64,000 bases of DNA from a virus, in IMG/VR virus record IMGVR_UViG_3300023301_001182, positions 1-64,000 of that record. One strand, given 5' to 3'. Numbering within the stretch: the first letter of the stretch is position 1; every line of letters starts with the position of its first letter. Below, piece after piece: positions 58,228 to 64,000 of this stretch. Under the pieces are notes generated by a model. The model had not been told where the DNA came from. It saw only the letters and a program-made list of their open reading frames with translations, and made no database searches. The position numbers were made by a program, and so were the translations under genes.

Positions 58228-61200
58228 TTACCTTCCTGTTGTAGACTCAATGAAATTATAAACCTCTTTTATGTTAGCATTATCATAAGGTAAAGGTAGT
58301 TCTCTAAAAAAGTTTACAGCTCCATCAAAGAATAGTGGACAAACTGTGCCACCACCACCACTTCTACCACCAAGTATTTCTAAAAACCTTATATTATCTC
58401 TAAAAAAGGTTATATCATATCCTTGGTACTCTCTTATCTCGTGTCTAAACGGACTAAATAGTCCTATTATAACATTAGCATCCCGTTGAGTTAATTTGCA
58501 ATCGCCAAGACCATCTAATGAAGGTTTTAATCGACCTACCTTCATATTCTCGACTGATTCTTGTGCACTTGCTTGTTGTTGAATAACAACTGGAATGTAG
58601 TTATATTTATTCCTGAGTCTTAAAAGATAATCTGAAGACAATTTAACAATAGAAGCATGTAAGCTCATTTTGTGTCCATTTTCTTCTTCTGTAGAAATTA
58701 AACCTACATGGTCAATAAAGACCATAACATACTCTTCTGGATCATTAGGTTCATAATAATCATCAATCTCTGTTAATGTACCTTTGATATTGATAGTTTT
58801 TTTGTACTGTGTCCCATTGGCTTGTGCATAGGAACGGACAAATTTATAAATACCTGTAGGATTTCTAATATCATCAATGAACTCTACTATTTCTTCAATC
58901 TTCTTGAAATATGGTTCATATTTTGCTATTAACTCTAAAATTTTAATATCTAATATTTTATCTGCTTTAGTACTTCTAAGGTCAGTAGGAGGAATTCTTA
59001 CCCCTTCTTTAACATATATAATGTTAGAGAATGCTGATAACATTTTCTCCTCCTTAGACATCTCTAAAGTAAAATAAAATATCTTCAATCTAATGTTTAA
59101 AGATTTATCAATTACTTGTTGAATAGTATTATACAAAAATAGCCAATCAGCTATTTGAGTTTTCAATTTTGTTATTTCTAACGATTACTAAAATATTTCT
59201 TATTTTCAAAAAATTTTTTAAGTTCTATACCAAATTCATCAACTCCTCTACGTGGAGCATATAAACGCCAGTAACTTCCTGTGTAATTAGTAGTAGAATC
59301 TCTAACTCTATATACTTGTTTGTTTATATCATTACAAAACATACCAACTAAATTATCAAGTGACATTACAGTATTAAAAAACTCTTCATATGTGGCTTTA
59401 GGATAATAATTTAAACAGATCCTGTATAAATCTCCCATAGATCTATTGCAATCCTTTCCACATTGTTTTCTGTTACTTTTAAGATGATATGTTTTATTAC
59501 TGTATATATATCTTGATAATAATAATCTTACAAAATTCTTAAAAACTTTAGAATAAATTTTATGTTTTGTAATGCCAGCTTTTGAAAGGTATAATATTCC
59601 TCTTCCTCTTAATTTTATTTCTATTTTATTAAATTTTTGTTTCATATTTTAGAAATTTAGAAAGTTAAGTCATTTCTACTTAACTCTATAATTTAATATC
59701 AATTTTTAATGAATCAAATAGTTTATCAATATAAGCAGCATCATATTTAGTATCCTTTGTACTTCTACCATAGTTAAATGTAACAGAATTTACATGACCT
59801 GGTATAATTTTACTAGCCCATATAGATATAGATGGCTTTTGACATTTCTCATAAAAGCTATAAAATATTACTTTATTAATACCACCACATACTCTTGCTC
59901 TGAATTTAGTTTCATATAAAGCTTGTAATACCATCTTTTCAGTTGCTCCTTTTTGTTTATAATATTTAAACAAATCATCAAAGCTTCTTCTATCATAGAT
60001 CCCTTTGTCTTTTTTAAATAGAGTACTTCTAAAATACCTCTTATGATTTACTTTATTTAATAAATCTTTTTTTAACTCCTTTAAATTCATCTTTAATTAA
60101 TTTTTATTTTTATAGTTCGGACTATCTCATCAACCTATCTATGTATTACACATTTACAGTCATAATCATGATGTCCTTTTAATGCATCATTATAACATTC
60201 TGTACAACATTGTATACCTTCTGTTATAATTGTTGCAATATTATCACAATCTGTACATAGTATAGGTTGCCCATTGTTAGTCTCTACGTCCTTTTGAATT
60301 TTTGATATTGTATTATCTATAGTTGATTGAAATCTATCATCACAACTATATCCAGCTTTATAATAAGCTAAACCTTTCATAATATTTTCAATATTTCTTT
60401 TATTCAACTGTGACACGGGATTGCCTTCTTTTTTTTCAGTTTCTACACCGTTTTGTAAAGCAAGTCTAACTCCTACTGAAACTCCTAGTTTATAATCATC
60501 CCACCATTTAGGACTTCCTAAAAATTTAGTTAATCGTTTTACTTCTTTCTCAAGTGATAGCATAGGATTGCTTTCTGTTTTTTCCATTATAAATCATCTC
60601 TAGTTAAGTTCTTAATATACATCTGTAAATCTCCATTAGGATAACCTACCCTTCTTGCAAAGGTATGTTTGTATTCAAATCCTAATGTTTTTAGATTGGA
60701 TCTTAATAAGTGCTCATTTGGAGATACTATTACAAAGACAGCTGTCTGGCCTCTACCATATGTATAATCTACTTCTTTATTAATAAGCATTTCCATAGTA
60801 AGCCGTTTTAACTTAGCTTTAAATTCATCTAAAGTTGTGTCATCTCCTACATTATTTAATTGACATAATGCACAGCATGCTGTTGTTGTTTTTTCCATTA
60901 TAATGTTTTTTTAAAAAAGGGTTTCCCCGTTAGCTAATTATTTTTAACAAATACTTTTTTAACCAAGACTTAGAAGTAAATTCTCCAAGTTTAATTAATT
61001 GTTCAATTGTTAAAATTCCTTTTTTCTTTCTTTTTAATATTATTTCTTTTGCTATTCCATCTTGTTTAAATCTTGCAACATAGCCATCTCTATTTCTGAT
61101 TTGATATTTAGTAAAATATGTTGCAAAATATTGGAAGCCATAACCATAACCTGTTGGTATTGCTACACAAGATATTAATATAAAATATTTTGCTAAATTT

Positions 61201-62938
61201 TCAACATATAATTTGGATGTTACATTTATTGAAAATGTTACTTTCTGAGCTGCATGTAATACTTTAGCCACTCTTTCTATAGCTTTAGGTGTACACAGTG
61301 ATGCAAAACTTGATACTTGATCTAAGTAACAATGTTTACAATTACCAATTGCGTCTTGGTAAAAAATTGTACTATAATCTGAAAGATACACTTTATATAC
61401 ATCTGTGTCACACATATTTGGAATACAGTCTTCTAGTCTTATATTTATCATTTTTTCTTAATTAACCCCCATTTCTGGGATTCTGAGTTCAATTACATAT
61501 TACTATGCAAAGGGGCAAAATCTACCTACTTTCGTTTATATTCCACATAAGACGTAACTCTTATATGCGTTTATGATAAATAGTATATATGGTAGGTCTA
61601 TCCTCAATAACTTTTAAGATATTGGTTATTTTCCACGAGTACTGTACCTGCTTATACTTCTTAATACTATTTACTTTAACTGCTATATATTTCTATATAG
61701 ACTGGACTATATCTTCATCTACTTGAGATGGCTTCCATTTCCAATACCATTAACTTGTATTGTACGTGCTCTATTGCACTAGTCTCTGAACGTTACTATT
61801 TCTAGTCTTCGCTGCTGATTGTCTTATATAAAAAAGACACTATATTAGTGTCTTAATTATACTTAGAGTTTCCAGCAATTAAAAAGCTAATCATCTAGAT
61901 GTCACCATCTAGCGTAGCAATTAAATTGTTATTAATAAATATTGTTTTTTAAATTTTTGTTGTACTTTTATTGCATAACTTATACTAGGTCTGTGTGTTT
62001 TAAAATATTCAGCACATTCTTTTAAAGAATTAAATTCCATAATTAATTCTCTTGTACTATAATCTAATACTTGGACTTTCTTATATAAATATTCCATATT
62101 TTTAGTATCTTTTTTATAAGGAGATAATATTTCTTTATAATCATATGACCATAAATAATTACCTGCTTTTTTATAAGTACCATTAATATATCTACATATA
62201 GATGATTTAGAAATATCACACTCAGATGAAGCTTCATTAAGGCTATTATATTTACATATATATTCTCCATTTAAAGAGTACTTATATATAACTTTAGTAG
62301 CTAATATTATTTCACCTATTTTAATTTTGTATTTCCTTGTATTAGATTGTTTAAGTCTAGACTCTTTAGGAAGGATATTTCTATCTACTTCTAAAGTAAT
62401 ATTATATAAAGGTTTTAATATATCTATATAAAATTGTTCTCTACTTATTAACTTATTTTCTTCACATTTTTCTAATATATAAAAATTAAAGTCATTCTCT
62501 GTATTATTATTCCAAGAATTTTGTAATAATATATTACAATGCTTTAATTTTTTTAATGTATAAAAATGATTATATAACCTAGTTCTAATGTTTTTAGAAC
62601 TACCTATATATTGTTTACCATTTTTAATATTTATTATGCAGTAAATACCACTGCAGTTATAATCTTTTGTTATTTTCTTCATAATTTATATATTTATACA
62701 AATATACGAAATTAAATTCAATAATCCTAATTTATAACTGCTAATTTTATAACTTTATTTATTATAACTAATTACTATTCGCTGTAATTAAATAATATTT
62801 ACCTTGCTCAATGCCAGGTAATTCATTTTCAAACCGAGGTAACCCCCATGGTATACAATTAATTTGCCCATTAAGTAACCTCTGTCTCTTTTCTATGATA
62901 TTGTCATAGACTCTTGTATATAAACTTGTTTCTTTCAT
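58228..62938 (-). CDS. DnaB-like replicative helicase, spliced from three exons (62938-62774, 61532-61524, 59163-58228; ~369 aa)
   Basis: Spliced product reads IPWGLPRF..GIEQGKYYLITANS|KVG|KTQIAD..YFTLEMS..FIDHVGL..QQQ..DAN..GLF. Exons of 165, 9 and 936 nt keep the frame. Confidence 0.88.
59178..59645 (-). CDS. Intron-borne basic hypothetical protein (paralog of 59686-60090)
   Basis: RSMGDLY..Y.KAT..FCNDINKQVY motif. Confidence 0.6.
   Translation of the reverse strand: MKQKFNKIEIKLRGRGILYLSKAGITKHKIYSKVFKNFVRLLLSRYIYSNKTYHLKSNRKQCGKDCNRSMGDLYRICLNYYPKATYEEFFNTVMSLDNLVGMFCNDINKQVYRVRDSTTNYTGSYWRLYAPRRGVDEFGIELKKFFENKKYFSNR
59686..60090 (-). CDS. Intron-borne basic hypothetical protein
   Basis: RRSFDDLF..Y..GAT..VCGGINKVIF motif. 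Confidence 0.6.
   Translation of the reverse strand: MNLKELKKDLLNKVNHKRYFRSTLFKKDKGIYDRRSFDDLFKYYKQKGATEKMVLQALYETKFRARVCGGINKVIFYSFYEKCQKPSISIWASKIIPGHVNSVTFNYGRSTKDTKYDAAYIDKLFDSLKIDIKL
60135..60587 (-). CDS. Intron-borne ORF overlapping the ribozyme core; C-terminal Cys-rich (CxxC..CxxC) region
   Basis: EGNPV is encoded by the Q element and DVET by the R element; CTDC..CCTEC lies in the P8 loop. Confidence 0.5.
   Translation of the reverse strand: MEKTESNPMLSLEKEVKRLTKFLGSPKWWDDYKLGVSVGVRLALQNGVETEKKEGNPVSQLNKRNIENIMKGLAYYKAGYSCDDRFQSTIDNTISKIQKDVETNNGQPILCTDCDNIATIITEGIQCCTECYNDALKGHHDYDCKCVIHR
60587..60898 (-). CDS. Intron-borne small protein, possibly GNAT-like fold
   Basis: ACCALCQL; AVFVIVSPNE....LKTLGF resembles the GNAT C-terminal motif. 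Confidence 0.5.
   Translation of the reverse strand: MEKTTTACCALCQLNNVGDDTTLDEFKAKLKRLTMEMLINKEVDYTYGRGQTAVFVIVSPNEHLLRSNLKTLGFEYKHTFARRVGYPNGDLQMYIKNLTRDDL
60930..61451 (-). CDS. Intron-borne hypothetical protein
   Basis: 173 aa; GNCKHCYL; the stop TAA abuts the intron P4 element (AGC TAA CGGGGAA). Confidence 0.55.
   Translation of the reverse strand: MINIRLEDCIPNMCDTDVYKVYLSDYSTIFYQDAIGNCKHCYLDQVSSFASLCTPKAIERVAKVLHAAQKVTFSINVTSKLYVENLAKYFILISCVAIPTGYGYGFQYFATYFTKYQIRNRDGYVARFKQDGIAKEIILKRKKKGILTIEQLIKLGEFTSKSWLKKYLLKIIS
61524..61532 (-). other. 9-nt micro-exon (AAA GTA GGT = K-V-G) of the helicase Walker A motif
   Basis: Preceded by the terminal G of intron 1 (61533), ends in U, and supplies exactly the residues missing between ANS and KT. 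Confidence 0.85.
61921..62682 (-). CDS. Intron-encoded GIY-YIG homing endonuclease with NUMOD1-like repeats
   Basis: SGIYCI.N..NGKQYIGSS....R, REQFYID, YN; C-terminal Y.SL.EA / FNSLKECAEYF repeats. Confidence 0.9.
   Translation of the reverse strand: MKKITKDYNCSGIYCIINIKNGKQYIGSSKNIRTRLYNHFYTLKKLKHCNILLQNSWNNNTENDFNFYILEKCEENKLISREQFYIDILKPLYNITLEVDRNILPKESRLKQSNTRKYKIKIGEIILATKVIYKYSLNGEYICKYNSLNEASSECDISKSSICRYINGTYKKAGNYLWSYDYKEILSPYKKDTKNMEYLYKKVQVLDYSTRELIMEFNSLKECAEYFKTHRPSISYAIKVQQKFKKQYLLITI
62699..62730 (-). promoter_or_regulatory. Intron-internal Bacteroidota-type promoter for the GIY-YIG gene
   Basis: - strand TTAG-N20-TATATTTG. Confidence 0.75.
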
Positions 62939-62940
62939 AT

Positions 62941-63549
62941 TTAATTTAATTTTGAAGTCCATTCATCTCTACTAGGTAATCCTATCTCCTCTATATAAGC
63001 AGATAATCTGGATGACTCTTCACGATTGTTCTCTTGTTTAAATATAAAATAATCAGCACGTTGTAAGAATCTATAATCTCCATGTAAGCTGTCAATATAA
63101 ATATCAACTGCTTTTAGGATATCATCGAATGTATATTTAGAGTTTTCTTTCATCCATCTTGTAAGTTTAATTTCACATGACTTTGGACTACCCATAGAAC
63201 CAGCTTTTAACCCTTTCCATTTGTCTCTAAATAATTCAATTCTACCATCAATCTCTTGATTAATAGTTCTTTGTGATCTTTTAGTAGTCTTCTTAGAAGG
63301 CTCTAAAGCATCAGGTATTTCTACTGTTAAAAACTCTAATAGTTCTACAGATTTCTCCCTTAATATATATTTTGTCTTTTCTTCATCTGTTATAATTTTT
63401 ATTAGTTTTTCTCTTTGTAATTTTTGTAAGTCTATATTAGCTATATTAACTTCTTTCTCTTCAAATAAGTTATATAGAAATAAGAGATCTTCTACAGAAA
63501 TATTGAAATCATTTAGTACAGTAAAATTTAGTACTAAGTTTTTTCTCAT
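62941..63549 (-). CDS. Hypothetical protein, possible replication initiator/helicase loader
   Basis: Directly upstream of the helicase; winged-helix-like N-terminus and helical C-terminal domain (F...W..; FLQRADYFIFK). Confidence 0.4.
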   Translation of the reverse strand: MRKNLVLNFTVLNDFNISVEDLLFLYNLFEEKEVNIANIDLQKLQREKLIKIITDEEKTKYILREKSVELLEFLTVEIPDALEPSKKTTKRSQRTINQEIDGRIELFRDKWKGLKAGSMGSPKSCEIKLTRWMKENSKYTFDDILKAVDIYIDSLHGDYRFLQRADYFIFKQENNREESSRLSAYIEEIGLPSRDEWTSKLN

Positions 63550-63558
63550 TCAATATAT

Positions 63559-63714
63559 TTAAAATTCATTTAATTTTTCGTCTATTAATGATTCAGATAA
63601 TTCTTTATCGATCATACCATCACCTTTACAAAATCTGCATAGTTTAAGATACTTTCCTTTAATTACTTCTTCACCAACCCCTAGACAATTGGGGCATTCT
63701 ACTAGTTTACTCAT
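63559..63714 (-). CDS. Small DnaJ-type zinc-finger protein (51 aa)
   Basis: MSKLVECPNCLGVG..LCRFCKGDG contains two CxxCxGxG repeats. Confidence 0.65.
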   Translation of the reverse strand: MSKLVECPNCLGVGEEVIKGKYLKLCRFCKGDGMIDKELSESLIDEKLNEF

Positions 63715-64000
63715 TATTTAATATTTCTAAAGATTCATATAAAGCACTCTCTAATGCAGATTCATAATTAAGAAACTTTCTCATAGGATTATCAGTAATA
63801 TCAAATGAAATTAAAGGTACATATGTACCATCTAATTCAACATCTGTACCTATATAATGTATTTCATAATCCCATTCAATACCTTCTTCATCATCAATAA
63901 AATCATCTATTTTGATATGAATATTATGAACTTTTCTTAACCATCTTTGTAATAATGATTGACTATGTCTTAATAACCATGTATCTGGGCTTAATAATAA
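63707..64000 (-). CDS. Hypothetical phage protein, 5'-truncated
   Basis: Open frame ..SQSLLQRWLRKVHNIHI..YESALESAL.., a pattern recalled from Bacteroidota phage proteins. Confidence 0.55.
   Translation of the reverse strand, partial: LLLSPDTWLLRHSQSLLQRWLRKVHNIHIKIDDFIDDEEGIEWDYEIHYIGTDVELDGTYVPLISFDITDNPMRKFLNYESALESALYESLEILNNE

Larger units (their letters stand above)
59164..61523 (-). mobile_element. Large group I intron (2360 nt) in the helicase gene carrying five passenger ORFs
   Basis: P1 ggUag-auu-uuGcc; P2 uugcauaGUAAuauguaa (61493-61510); P4 CGGGGAA (60923-60929) with AAUCCCGUG (60414-60422); R CGUAGAGACUA (60278-60288); P8 caaccuau/auagguug; S GAGAUAGUCCGA (60117-60128); P9.1 hairpin 59664-59684; ends AUAACAAAAUUG, similar to the nrdJ intron end. 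Confidence 0.8.
61533..62773 (-). mobile_element. Group I intron (IA2-like, 1241 nt) in the helicase gene with a GIY-YIG ORF in the P1 loop
   Basis: P1 uagUaauua/uaauuGcua; P2 cuagaugGUGAcaucuag; P AAUUGCUGGAAA; Q AAUCAGCAGCG; R UUCAGAGACUAG; S AAGAUAUAGUCC; terminal G at 61533. Confidence 0.92.

Noticed and set aside
6368-62270. Short antisense or alternate-frame ORFs in the track (e.g. 7336-7590, 15963-16244, 35228-35425, 42294-42632, 52959-53351, 62064-62270)
   Set aside because: They overlap well-supported genes, lack motifs and look like shadow ORFs.
58228-62962. Helicase as a broken pseudogene or intein-containing gene
   Set aside because: The pieces rejoin in frame at canonical group I splice sites (U before, G at the end); no intein C/S...HN motifs, and the inserts contain stop codons.
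1-64000. Stop-codon reassignment (TAG/TGA recoding known in some crAss-like phages)
   Set aside because: Giant ORFs are intact in code 11, and TAG and TGA end genes at sensible positions (nrdJ TAG at 40145; TGA at 1695). The only internal stop noticed is a TAA.
1-64000. CRISPR array, tRNA or rRNA genes
   Set aside because: No regularly spaced repeats or cloverleaf-like sequences noticed; intergenic space is minimal. A tRNAscan-SE run would be needed to exclude tRNAs fully.

Overview
This AT-rich (~28% GC by eye) window is part of a crAss-like (Crassvirales-related) podophage genome. The host is probably a Bacteroidota, judged from repeated TT[T/A]G-N20-TAnnTTTG promoters, a BACON domain and a Bacteroidota-type amidase. 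The + strand (1-35174) carries tail/receptor-binding genes, a lysis cassette, ring/HU/tail-tube/muzzle genes and six ejected cargo proteins, including a 2456-aa virion RNA polymerase (DFDID). The - strand (35257-64000) carries replication and nucleotide-metabolism genes: SF2 helicase, phosphoesterases, class II RNR with a group I intron, PD-(D/E)XK and RusA-like nucleases, a divergent UNG homolog, a phiEco32-type amidoligase/ATP-grasp/GATase/GGCT operon, primase, an AAA ATPase and a DnaB-like helicase. Main finding: the helicase Walker A motif (ANS|KVG|KT) is split by two tandem group I introns separated by a 9-nt micro-exon (61524-61532). The second intron is 2.36 kb long and carries five ORFs that are not homing endonucleases; four sit in its peripheral regions and one runs through the ribozyme core. 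Other points of interest: the only cysteines in ~7,100 residues of cargo protein lie at the junctions of the three giant proteins; the UNG homolog has remodelled specificity residues; the muzzle gene is split; and an Ntn-amidotransferase carries a hydrophobic leader. All calls come from motif reading by eye; no searches or folding programs were run.
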